This document shows positions 13,696 through 25,945 of a DNA stretch of 64,000 nt, in pieces. The translations under genes and the position numbers were made by a program. The notes under the pieces are model-generated. The model made no database searches. It had not been told where the DNA came from and saw only the letters and a list, made by a program, of their open reading frames with translations. Source of the DNA: the human T2T-CHM13v2.0 reference genome, Homo sapiens; NCBI RefSeq assembly GCF_009914755.1, contig NC_060929.1. The stretch is one strand, 5' to 3'. Within the stretch, counting starts at the first letter, position 1. Each line of letters opens with the position of its first letter.

Positions 13696-15519
13696 GTTAT
13701 TGTTGTTGGTAGTTATTGGCAATTTTGCTCAAAAAAATTTTAAAACATCCTCAAAGATACATGGAATTCATAAAATCCCATAATTAGAAGGAAGTAAAAA
13801 AGGTTAAGAACATTGATAGCTATGATATTCTAGATGATCACTCTGTTGTTATAATAATCTTTGTTATTGAAATTATAATCAATTCTCAAATAATTTTAAA
13901 GTTTTTTATTATTAGGGGACTTTTCACTTTCTTATTTCCACTTACAGTCTAAATCAAGATTTTTCCAAATGTTTGGAAGTAAGTAGGCATTATTTCATGC
14001 ACTCTAAAACACACACATGCATGCACACACACACACATGCACATAGGTATAAATATTGACACTCCAGGGCACTACAGGTCACAAGAGGCAGAATTAGAGT
14101 GTCTCCTTAAGGAGTCGTACATATCACTTTTCCAGAGAGAAGGATCTCCTATTAACTTGTACATTAATGTACTTAAACTACCAGAAAACACTGTATATAT
14201 GAAGCTACTGGAGAGATTTTAAGAAACCCAAATTCCTAAGCCTTATGCCAAACCTACTGAATCAGACTCTGCCAATATGGAAAGTTATTACAAGGCTTTT
14301 TCACAACCTGACCTCCCCTGTTAGGATGAACAATAATGTTGATTTATAATAAAAAGGTGTGCTGATGGTTACTACAGGAGGCTTTTTAACAATCCTATTA
14401 CAGGAAAGCAATAAAGAAGAATCCCATTAGAATTTGATGTCAGAGAAATGATTTCAGTAGACTCAAAATGACAAGGACATTGATAGAAACTGCTAAAGAT
14501 AATTCTGGAAAGGGATAATAATACTCCTTCCTGTATCAGCAAAGAGTAAATAAAGCTTCACATGTCGATGCTGTTCTCCAATAAAAAATTGTTATTCATA
14601 CACAATTTCAGGGAGGCAAAAACTGAACTTCATTTTGAATGCAAGCCTTTTGCATGTAAAATTGATAAGGAGAGATATTTAGCCGATTCAATCATTCTCA
14701 GTATCTATTTCGTGGTTGCAGAGAATTCTTCCTCTAGAATTGACTTCCTATATACTCGTACCTACTCGTCACCTAGAGACTAGTTCTCCAAAATCAGATT
14801 TATGGTTGATGTGAAGTAGATTTGAACCCCTAGATGTCTTTCTCTCAATTTTTCTTCAACTCCAAATTTAAAATAAAGGAATGTACGGGCAACAATTTTC
14901 ACCTAAATGAAAGGACCACACACTCTGCCTGCTGGTGAGAATGTCCTCCATTCCAAGTGGATTCACAAATTGTTTCTTTTAAGAAGTGACTGACTTCTAG
15001 AGTACCCTTTGCTTCCAGGATAGTATTTTTTTCTAATTTTTAAAAACATACCTCTGGACACCAAAAAAGGGCTGCTTAGACTAATAATCCACCCACTTAC
15101 AGTCTATTTTAATCTGAAATTATGGCTTCTCCTTTAGTCATCCATTAAGCAATTAATGTCTACCAGTTTAAAAGCATTTCTGCTATTTGCTTTTGTGTTT
15201 TTCTTGGAAATCAATTCTGTATTTGTATTGCCACAAGGGAAACTATTTAGACTGAAATCCCCATTTGTTTCTATTTAATATTTCTGCCTGTAGCCCCTCT
15301 TGCTCCTAGTGTATTAATTCTTTTATCTTAAAAAGGCTATTTTGATGTCTTTTTCATCAAATAAAAGTACTCAGCTGGTCTCAGACATTTTCTGTGATCC
15401 AAGAGGAAATTTTTAACTGTAAGAGAGAATAATTGAGAATCATATTGGAAATTTCACAGAGTTCTGCTCTTCTGCCACTGTTCTCACTAGTTTTATCAAT
15501 AGGCAATACTGAAACCTTG

Positions 15520-15750
15520 CCATGTGAAGATCACATGCTAAAAGCTTTAAGCGAATCGTCTCATTTACTCCTCCTCACATGCTTTTAATAGAGGTGAGAA
15601 TATTGGCCCCATTTTACAGATTAGGACAGTGAGGTACAGAAATGTTGACTCACCTGCTCGAAGTTGCACAAGTAATACATGGCACAGCAGGGACTTGAAC
15701 CCAGGTTGGTTGACTCTAGAGCCGACCTTATTAACCACCACTCAGTACTG
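15520..15750 (-). mobile_element. MIR
   Basis: ccccattttacagattagga...gggacttgaacccagg...tgactctagagcc. Confidence 0.8.
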
Positions 15751-15799
15751 CATGTTTATTATCATTATGTGAAAGTTTTAGTTTTGCAAACTCTATGTT

Positions 15800-16093
15800 T
15801 ATACCAGGCTGCATTATGTTTCCTAAAGACATCAGGTCCTTGTCTTTGGAACCTGTACATATTACCTTATTTGGAAACAGAGTCTTTGCAGGTGTGATTA
15901 AGCTAAGGATTTTGAGATGAGGAAATCATCCCAGATTATTCATATGGGACCTAAATGCAGTCACATGTATCATTTTAAGAGGAAGGCAGAGGGAGACTGA
16001 GTAAAGGCAAAGAAGAGATGTGAAGATAGAAACAGAGATTGCAGTGATGTTGCCACAAGCCAAGGAATGTCAGGAGCCATAGGAAACTAATTA
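15800..16093 (+). mobile_element. MLT1C-like LTR with internal deletion
   Basis: 5' MLT1 motifs up to gccacaagccaaggaatg, then directly ggaaactaat (the 3' terminus). Confidence 0.75.
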
Positions 16094-17132
16094 GTATTCC
16101 AGAGACCATCTGCTACTTCACTGACAATTAGGGTCTACTAAAAATAGAAGAAAAAAATTGTTTCACTGGTGATACCAGCTTTTAAATAGTCTGACATGTT
16201 TTTTTTAAGTTGACTCCATATTTCTATAATTCTATTCATTATTTTAAAACAAAACAAAGGCATGCACATTGAATAGTGAAAATGCATGGCCCTAGAAAGC
16301 AGATTAGGGGAAGAAAATTAAAATGTGTCTTTCTCATTAATTCTTAATTCCTGAAACGTACTCAATCAGCATATGCCTGTAACTCACCCTATTTTATGTA
16401 CATAGAGTTACCATCTTTCCTTTCTTGGCTGTGATCTGGTACTTCAGGGTGGTCAGTGTGGTATAATGCTTAAGCAGCTCAGCTTGGCAGTTCCCTGGGA
16501 GCTCCTAGCAGCTGTGATTATGAATAATTTATTACAGGGTGTCATACTGGCAGCCTTTTTCATAACTTCCTGCCGAAAGAATAAAATTTCCAAAAGTTTT
16601 AACTTCCTGCTTTTCTGAATTATTGATCCCCCCTTCCATGTAGTAGGACTTAAGAGAAGAAAGGCAACTGAATATCTTGATGTCACTGACTGTCTCCTCT
16701 TCCTCTTTTTTGCTACAACTTCTGCACCTCATGATCAATTTTTTAACTTCCTTATGTGAAAACAATTCTATATGCATTTATATTATTCCAAATTCAAATT
16801 GCTTTCTGAAATAACTTACATTTATAAAAATCTCAGGTGATATCATAAACTATTTTCTAAAAGAGCCTAAAAAATCTTTAAAACATTTAAATAGAAAATT
16901 TCTTATGGGTTTTAAAACAGAGTAGTTATTTTGTTACTACTTGCATATTTTTTCATTATCTTCTTGTTCTTAATCTTATCCTACTTATTGTCTTCTTGTT
17001 CTTAATCTTAACCTGTTTACTGTCAAATTTCCACTGTATATTTTCTTTTTGCCTAGGAAAGAACAAAGTAGCTTTTTAATATTCTTGCTCTTTCTAATCC
17101 ATTCATAAGTATAAATAAACTGAGGTAATCAA

Positions 17133-17587
17133 TTATTATGTGTTGAATTGTGTCTTCCAAAAAAGATACATTATGGTCCTAATCCACCTTACCTCAGAAT
17201 TTAACTTTATATGGAAATAGAATATTTACAGATGTAACTGAGTTACAATGAGGTCATTAGGGTGAGCCCTAATACACAATGACTGGTGTCATTATGAAAA
17301 GTGGACATTTGCACACGGACACAGACACACACAGAGAGAGATGAGATGAAGACACACAGGCAGAAGACAGCCATGTGACTTCAGTCACACATCTACAAGC
17401 CAAGGAACACCAAGCATCGCCAGCAAGCCGCAGAAGCTAGAAGAGGCAAGGAAGGATTCTCCTCTAGAGTTGTCAGAGAGAGCATGCCCCTGACAACACC
17501 TTAATTACAGACTTCTGGCCTCCAAAACTCTAAGACAATACATTCTGTTGTTTTGAGCCACCCAGTTTTTGGCAGAAAACTAATGCA
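17133..17587 (+). mobile_element. MLT1B/C MaLR LTR
   Basis: ttgaattgtgtcttccaaaaaagatac...ctacaagccaaggaacacc...aaactaatgca. Confidence 0.85.
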
Positions 17588-18127
17588 TTTATAAATAATG
17601 AGAAACAAATAACTAAAAATGAAATTATAATTATTTGGGTTGTTCAGAATGACAGGGTATATCAAATGTCATCACCCAGAGGGATCATCTGGAGGAGAGA
17701 AATGAGCGTCATGCTAATAAGAGCTCAGAAGAGTAATTGAGGAAATTCATTACTTCAACCCGGAATGGCTGCCTGTTTCCCAAGATGTCTCGCAAGTTAA
17801 TTACTCCACTTAAAAAGAGTCCACTGATCTCAGAGTGCTGCTTTTTTAAGGAGTCTCAGAAATCATCTAGTAATTTTTACATTTATCCTTTGAGACTCAG
17901 CTGAGATTCACCACCACGATGAAGCCCTTCCTGCCCCTTATCCTTGGGAGAAGTGACTTGTTTGCCTTTTCTGACCCCACAGTTCACTGTACAAACTTCT
18001 GTTTATTTCAGCCCCTCTCACAGTATATTTATAATAATTTCTTTCTGCTTCTTTCCCTTCCATGAGTATGATGGTTTCTAAAAGATACACATTGGCACAT
18101 AAGAGGTATTCAATACATACTTTTGGA

Positions 18128-18475
18128 AGTTTCAGTTTGCATTGCTGCTGTAACAAATTACCACAAATTTTGTGGCTTAAGACAACACAGATTTATTATC
18201 ATACAGTTCTGGAGGTCACAAGTCTAAAATCAGTCCCGCTGGGCTAAAGGTAAGGTGTTGGCAGGGCTGACTCCTTCTGGAGCCTCTGAGGGGAGAACTT
18301 GTTTCCTCGCCTTATTCAGCTTCTTGGGACCCCATGCATTCCTTGGCTGTTTCCCTTTCCTCCATCATCAAAGCTAGCAGCGTACCATCTTTCAATCGCT
18401 TACTTTCTCTTTCACTCTTATCTCTGTCATCACATTTTTTTCCCCCTGACTCTAATCCTCTTGTCTTCTTCTGTT
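18128..18475 (-). mobile_element. MLT1D-like LTR fragment
   Basis: ttgctgctgtaacaaattaccacaaa...cagttctggaggtcacaagtc. Confidence 0.8.
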
Positions 18476-18499
18476 TATCACCTCCACATCTTATTGGTC

Positions 18500-19128
18500 A
18501 GTGGCCACAATAGTCACTATGCTAGAAGCCTTGAGATGTTACTTTTTCACTCTTTTACTCTTACTTTCCTATTCTTCACTTACCCTTATATTAATCCATC
18601 TCATATTTTGCTGATTTCACTTCCTAGCAGTTCCTCAAATCTCTCTCCTTCTCTTTATTCCTCCTGCTACATCCTAGATCAGTTTCTCCTCACTTCAAAC
18701 CTGGACAATGAAATGTTTCCAGTCTGCCTGACACTGGTCACCTCCCCTTAAAGCCATTCTCCTATCTGCAATGCAGGACTGTATTTAATAGCTATGTCTG
18801 ACCTGTTTAAAACCTTTAATGACTCCCATACAACTATAGGGTAACACTCAGGCTCTTTGGTTTGGCACTCTAGGCCTTCCATGATCTGGACCCTCCCTGT
18901 CTCTCCAAGGTCATCTCCCTTTAGCCATTGCCTCATGCTTTATGCTTCGATAAGCCAAACTACTGGTACCTTCCAAAGTAATACACATTGGTTTCTCCAA
19001 TGTACTTATACTTGTCATGTGAAACTTTGACTGTATATTTGGGGTACATAAGCTATTCTTCAGTACCCTGCAAATTCCCTGGCACAGAGGAGAAATGCAA
19101 AATGTATTTAATGAATAAACTAATGAAT
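18500..19128 (+). mobile_element. L2 3' fragment
   Basis: ggccttccatgatctggacc and the cctggcacagagg...tgaataaactaatgaa L2 tail. Confidence 0.75.
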
Positions 19129-19671
19129 AGGCACTTTAGTAGCAGAACTGGGAACTATTGACCCTCAGATTTGTTAGTGCTCTTTCTACTACACTGTACA
19201 TTTCTAATTATTGTATGTATATCTACCATGTTATTATGGAAGACTGTTCTAAGGATATAATGTTTCAGCCCTTGAGTTGCCAACAGTGTAATGGAGGACA
19301 CAAACAATAAATAGTTTGTAAATGAGTAATTTTACTACAAACACATTTTTAATTTTGTGATTAAAATTGCTAACAGAGTTAAAATAAAAAGTGCTAGGAA
19401 CTCCTGAAATTACCAAAACAAGGAGATGTTGATCTCTCCGGGTAAAACTTATGCTCCTTTCTGCCTTTCACCTGTTCCTTCCACCCCAAGGAATAGCGAT
19501 ATTGACATGCATGTGCAAAGTTTATTTATTGGACTTTGTACCCAGGAAAGAAAGTGCTTGATGTGATGAGGAAAGGGAGAGAAATCTTGGTATGCCCATG
19601 GAAGATTCTTGCTCTGTAACGGTTTTGGGTATTTTTCTATTCTTTCCCTTTTTCCTTTTCCTTTTAAATTA

Positions 19672-19980
19672 TGTTTTATTTATTATTTTTATTCATTGTT
19701 TTTTGAGACAGGGTCTCACTCTGTCACCCAGGCTGGAGGGCAGTGGCATGATCACAGCTCACTGCAGCCATGCCTCCCCGGGCTCCAGTGATCCTCGCGC
19801 CTCTGCCGCCAGAGTTACTGGGACCACAGATGCACCCCACCATGCCCACCTAATTTTTGTATTTTGGGTCGAGACAAGGTTTCATCACATTTCCCAGGCT
19901 GGGCTCGAACTCCTGAGCTCAAGCAATTCACCTGCCCCAACCTCGCAAAATGCTGGGATTATAGGCAGGAGCCACCACTG
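19672..19980 (-). mobile_element. AluJ
   Basis: gagacagggtctcactctgtc...atcacagctcactgcagcc...gaactcctgagctcaagc. Confidence 0.92.
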
Positions 19981-20804
19981 CTATGATACACTGGGTTTGG
20001 GAGCCTACACCTTAGGATGACCTGGAGTAGTGAACTTAAATAAGGTCTGTTCTAAGGCTAATGGTGAAATAAAGCATTGGGAGACATTACTGTGATAAAC
20101 CTTAACAACATGAAGATGGTAGAGCTGAGAAAAATTCTGAGCTATCGGCAAGGAGAGAGGTCAGGAAGGAGGTGCAGAGGTGCATGTTCTCTCACCTTAT
20201 ATCTAGGGAGTCAGAAATCATGCAAAGGTGGTGAATCCATAAAAAAGATACGAATGCATTTCTGAAACCCTAACATGACAAAATAAAAACATTAACCAAT
20301 ATATAGCTAGTAAACGTTAGCAGAAAAGCAGGGAAGCAGAGGTAATATAAATGAGCTAAATTTCTCAAGTTTTAGGGCAAAAAGTCAATATATATTACTT
20401 AGAGTTGATAAAAATATAAATATAAGCATGTCATTTAGTATTATGAAGGAAATCATCAAAAGAAAATAGTTAAGCTATATGAGGAGATAGGTGTGGAAGA
20501 CAGGAAGAAGACATATTTTGATTTTATCATCTATCTGTGCTGTTTGAATGTTCTGATTTTCAGTGTTTCTCTTACAATAGTGATATGTGAAATATCACCT
20601 CTGTAAGTATTATGTCAGAGTATTTTGGTGGCAATCACAGAATTCTTGGGTCGGAGTAACTTCTGCAATTTATCTCATATAAGAAATCTAGAGTATGCTG
20701 AGTGTGTCAGGGTTATGGTTCTATTTCTCTCTGATTAGTTTGACCTGCCCTCTTCTCTGTGTGGGCACTGTGTTCAGACACCTGGTAGCTTCAGACATCT
20801 CATC

Positions 20805-21231
20805 AGTAAGGGATGCTATTGGTGCCTTGCCCAGATTCCCTTTACTGGGCCAGCACACTTGTCCCCAAGCAGTTGTGAGAATTGCATTTGGCAAAACAGG
20901 ACCCACCTTGCCTGAGAGGCAATGTCCTTTCTTATCAGGGTTGGGGAAAAAGGGAGCCAACCAATGACTAGTGATTGACCAACACGGGGTTACAAAAGAT
21001 CAATCCTTTGCCTCATCATGGGACCAACTCCATGTGAAGTGTTTGTCCCAGAGCTTCCTGTAGGACCAGGCTGAAGCCGTTCTCCACCTGAGAACATACT
21101 CTTGCTTAGCCTTCTTCCTGCACTCTATTCTGCTTCCCTCACTCTTCGTCTCCAGGGAATACACCCTCAGCAAATATCTTGCACAAGAATCCACATCTCA
21201 GGCTTTTCTTTAGGAAATCCAGCCTGAGATA
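20805..21231 (+). mobile_element. LTR16A-like ERVL LTR
   Basis: agccaaccaatgact, gggaccaactc, tgcacaagaatccacatctcagg...cagcctgagata. Confidence 0.7.
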
Positions 21232-21313
21232 CTCTCTCTAGGTCTCATTCATCCCAGAATCCTCTCTTGTCCATCACCAACTGACTTTCCCTCTTGCCTC
21301 ATTTGCTAGAAAT

Positions 21314-21315
<2 letters not shown>

Positions 21316-21356
<41 letters not shown>

Positions 21357-21733
21357 AATGGTCTAGGCATAGATATAGATAGATATAATTGGTCTAGGCA
21401 TGAATATTGATACAGAGATATACATGGATATGAATATAGGTATATCTCTATATCTAGAATATAGATAGGTCTCTATATCTATATTCATATCCAAACCAAT
21501 TCTAATCTAAGATAAATGGATGTGACTATGGATATAAATGTAGAGATATATCTATATTCATACACATATATAGAATCCATATATATCTCTATATCTATAT
21601 TTGTATCAATATATATGATTCATATCCATATATGATTCATATCCATATAGATTTATATCCATATATAGAGATTATATTCATGTATATTAATATAGATCTA
21701 GGTATATACCTATATCCATGCCTAGACCAATTA
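21316..21733. repeat. (TG)n microsatellite followed by TA-rich low-complexity quasi-palindrome
   Basis: (TG)n at 21316-21353, and a 17-bp perfect inverted repeat at 21386-21402 and 21717-21733. Confidence 0.9.
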
Positions 21734-23189
21734 CTAGTTAGAGAAGTGGCATTACTGTTATTCCTTTAGACATCTGGAATGGAGTGGATGTGGAAGAATC
21801 AATCACCAAAACCACTGCAAATATTAATGGGTGTGATCTGCTCTGTTGGAGATTTTTATTCTTCCCATGGTTTTCTTGCCATGCGGCAATGGTAAATCAA
21901 CTTATGTGTTGGTTCCACCAACCTGAATCTGAAAGTGCAGGGAACTGGAATGAGTGCACATTAAATTACTTGAGTAACTATATAAGCTCTTGATAACCTA
22001 AGAGAAATAATATATTTCCAGCCCGTCTAATTCTCGACAAAAGAATAATGCTGTATTTCATTATTTTCACTGCACAATGACACATAAAGCTTCAAAGTCG
22101 ACAAAGAAAGCTTCAATTCTTTGCTGAGTGCAAATCTGCTAGGAAATACTGCGAGACTTAAAAATCAGCCTTGTCCTGAAACCAGAAGGTCAGGACAAAA
22201 CACACAAATCAAAGCTGTTCAATTCATTGGAAACAAAAATCTTGTAAAATAAATTTTTCCAGAAAACTATGACATCACCAGGAGCAATAAATATTATCTG
22301 CTGCTTCAATGTGTGGAGAAATTAGGAAATGGAAGCAAATGGGGTAATAATATGGGGTAGTTTCTTCTTTAATATTCTTTGATTTACCCCTCCCCATATT
22401 CCAAGCTATATCCACCCTTGGGATATAGCTCCATATTTTCTGGTTCTTCTCTCTTTGTAAGAAAATATAATGAAGTGAAAAAGAAAAGTGAGCCGACAAT
22501 CAAGGAGATAAGATGAAGTATTTATTATATAAAAAATAATAAATGGGATTCTTTTTTGCTTTCAATTTTACAGAACTTAAAATGAAGTTTTTGGGGTTTT
22601 GTTTTGTTTTTGACTTCTTTGGGAGAAAATATGAAGATAAATGCAAGAATCTGAAAAGTAGAATAAATTTCTTACAAAGAAGGAGCAATTACATATGCCC
22701 TTTGTACTCCTATATAGTGTTTGTTCTTTTATATTTTTCCTTTTAGAAAATAAAAAAAAAAGAAATCTAGAAAATACAGAGCTCATGAAGGCTTAGAAAA
22801 TAGAAAATAAACTCTCTAAAAAATTTAGAGTTTGAGAAAGTGGCAGCAACCACATAAAAGTACATCTCTCACATAGAATGAAAAGCACCATTTGATGAAA
22901 AGCATCTTGTCTTGTGGAAGTTTAGAAATTTACGTTCTCTTCCTTGCTTTATTACTTGCTCACTGTGTAACCGTGGGCAAGTAACTTAACCTTCATAGTT
23001 TGAACTTTCTTACTTTGGAACATTAGGAAGTAATAATTATAATGCTGTTAATTCTAACATTGATGATATTTATTAGGCATGTACAATATGAAAAGCACTA
23101 CATGAAATCTTTATTTATACATATGTCTCATGTTCTTTTTTCAAAAAACCTTGATATAGATATTTGAATTCTCATTTTATAGAATTGGT

Positions 23190-23720
23190 CTATCTATTAA
23201 GAGGCCTTTGGTGTCAAGTCGCACAGGAAACCTAATTCAACAGACTTATCCAATAAGAAGAATTGAATATTTCACATAAGAAAGTCTCAAGCTCTGTTAG
23301 TGAAGCAACTCGTTACATTGCCAGGGGTCAACGTAATGGCATCACTTCCTTCCCTTGGCATGCAGGCTTTGATTATTCTAGCTTGACCCTTCCTGATCAC
23401 AAGATGGCTGCCACAGTTCTAAAAATCACATCCTCCTATAGTGATGAGCACTGGCAGAAAAGCCTATTTCTACCAATGGATCTCTTCAAGAACAAGGAAG
23501 ATTTCCTCATAATCCTTCCAGGTTGATCTCCTCTATGTCTTATTGGCCAGAAATGGGTAACATGTCCATCTTCAAACCAGTCTCCAGCAGGAGGCATGCA
23601 ATTACCATCATCTATTTGAACCAAGTCTGTCTGATCTTTGGGTCAAAGAAGAACCTCTGCCACACCTAAACTTTGAACACAGTTTCAAAATAGCTACACA
23701 ACGTTAAGAGTGTGGCATAG
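23190..23720 (-). mobile_element. Old MLT1 (J/K/L-type) LTR inserted in a MIR
   Basis: cacaagatggctgccacagttc and tcttattggccagaaatgggtaacatg. MIR pieces flank it on both sides. Confidence 0.6.
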
Positions 23721-24449
23721 TTGTTGGATGAACATTGTGGTATATGAGCAAACAGAGGGCCGAAAAGATAAGTTCTTTGCCCAAATTCAAAGCTAGTGAA
23801 TGGCAGAGGTAGGACCTAACCCGAAGTCTCTCTGAGAACGCAGTCTAATCTTTTCTGAAATCTTGCCCTGCATCCTATTTTGTCTTGTTCCCAAGTAAGA
23901 CATTTCATATAAAGTCCAAGTCATTTGCAAGGTACATTTTGGGAAGCTCTACCAACCAGAGCTACAGATGAACTGAATTATAACAGGCTTCTTAGGCATC
24001 TCCTGCCTCAACACTTAACTTTGGGAAAACCAGGAAACATTACTGCCCATAATCCCTTTCTCCTCAGTCTTTGTGGTTGAGTATGTAGCCAACTTCAATC
24101 CTGGGCACGATGCCACCACCACTAATGGCAGGGGGCAGAAGATGTTCAAATAACCTTCCACAGCACACTTCCCTTGAATCAAGATACCAGTTAACAACTT
24201 CACTAGCATGAGAGGTGGCCATGTGAACAAATGTGAATGATGTGATCATTGAAATTAAGTCCTCCTCTGTTTCAGGTAAGGATATTCATTCTTTGAATAT
24301 GCTAAAGGAAGGATTTAGTCATGGAAGGATTGAGGAAGGGAGAAGTTTGATGAGTAAGCACTGCAAAACAAAAGCACAAAAGAGAGTATTTAATTAAGTA
24401 CTATTAATAAGAGTAATTAAGTATTAATTAAGTACCATATATTTATTCT

Positions 24450-24861
24450 TATTTTGTTGTATTTGTTTTTGTTGTATTTGCTTAGCCATAAATTATTTGC
24501 CTAGGCCACTGTCCAGAAAAGTTTCTCCTAGGTTTTCTTCTAGAATTTTCATGGTTTCAGGTCTTACATTTAAGTCTTCCTTCCATCTTGTGTTATTTTT
24601 TTTTGGGATATGTTGAGAGATAGGGATCCAGTTTCACTCTTCTGCATGTGGCTATCCAATTTTCCAAGCACCATTTATTGAATAGGGTATCCTTTCCTCA
24701 GTGCACATCTTTGTCTTCTTTCTCAAAGATCTGTTTGTTGTAGGTATTTGGCTTTATTCCTGGGTTCTCTATTCTGTTTCACTGGTTTATGCATTTACTT
24801 TTATACCAGTATCATATTATTTTGATTACTGTAGTCTTGTAGTATAATTTGTAGCCAGGTA
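24450..24861 (-). mobile_element. L1PB/L1MA ORF2 fragment within a TSD-bounded insertion
   Basis: cctaggttttcttctagaattttcatggtttcaggtcttacatttaagtc is antisense L1 ORF2. The direct repeat AAAAGAGAGTATTTA lies at 24378-24392 and 24900-24914. Confidence 0.85.
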
Positions 24862-25743
24862 CACACTGAATAAATTACAATCATTACTCTTAAGGTTAAA
24901 AAAGAGAGTATTTACAAGGAATAGTTAGAAAAGTTGATAAGATAAAATATAATTGAATTCTAAAAGCACAAGTGGGCCTGTGAATAATCTAAGATGGGGC
25001 AAATATTCTCATTCTGAAGAATGTAAGTTATCAATTACTTTGCCCATTTATAGCATTTAATATGACATCACTACTTCAAAGAAGCCTCAGTTGGAGACAC
25101 GGAGACACCATAAAATTCAAGGTTTAATGATTATTATTTATATTATAAATATCAGGGGATCAAAACATATTTAGATAATTGGACTGTTTTATCATTCTAT
25201 TATGTTACTTCTTACATTTCTTTTCATTGTTGTTTTAGTGGTAGTCATATTTAATGAGTTAGCATCTGAACCTGACTAAGGTAAGTTTAAATGAAAAGTG
25301 TTTTTACATGTTGAATATACCTGTCACCTATATTTTAGGTTCACTCTTTGCCTCTCTAGTTCTGTCTCATAGATATGAAGATGGTGTCTTAATCGAGCTA
25401 ATCCTTCTTCTCTTTTCTTCAAAAGTGCTACAATTTCTCAGTAGTAACTATGGCACACCACTATGAGTTATGCTTCTGGGAGTCTATTTGCCTTCTACCA
25501 AGCTCAGTTCTCAACAGGGCAATACCTCTGCCTTTAACCCCCCTCCTGCAGGATACAGTCCAATTATTCTCAGAGCCACTCCTGGGGAAAGCAGAAGCAA
25601 AAATTTCATGGGAAATAGGGACATCTCTCATGAGAAAATCACCACTTTACAAGCCAGCAGAAATCATATGAGCACTCATTAGTTGCCCCCATGCAGTATA
25701 AACCCAGAATTCCTAAGCCCTACTTAAGAATGTGCCTAAACAT

Positions 25744-25945
25744 AGGAATGATACAATGGACTTTGAGGGCCCAGGAGAAAAGGTGGGTGTCAAGTGAGGG
25801 ATAAAAGATTGCAAATTGGGTTCAGTATATACTGCTTAGGTGATGGGTACAACAAAGTCTCACAAATCACCACTAAAGAACTTACTCATGTAACTACCAC
25901 CTGTTCACAAAAAACCTGTGGGAATAAAAAATTTTTTAAAAATCC
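25744..25945 (+). mobile_element. 5'-truncated L1PB 3' UTR
   Basis: aatgatacaatggacttt...gagggataaaaga...cacaaatcaccactaaagaacttactcatgtaac matches the L1PB 3' end. Confidence 0.88.

Noticed and set aside
18299-18751. 150-aa hydrophobic ORF
   Set aside because: It spans MLT1 and L2 remnants and is a pyrimidine-rich artefact.
19592-20020. 142-aa ORF with a hydrophobic N-terminus
   Set aside because: It is a T-rich tail plus antisense AluJ translation. The same applies to the other Alu-derived ORFs.
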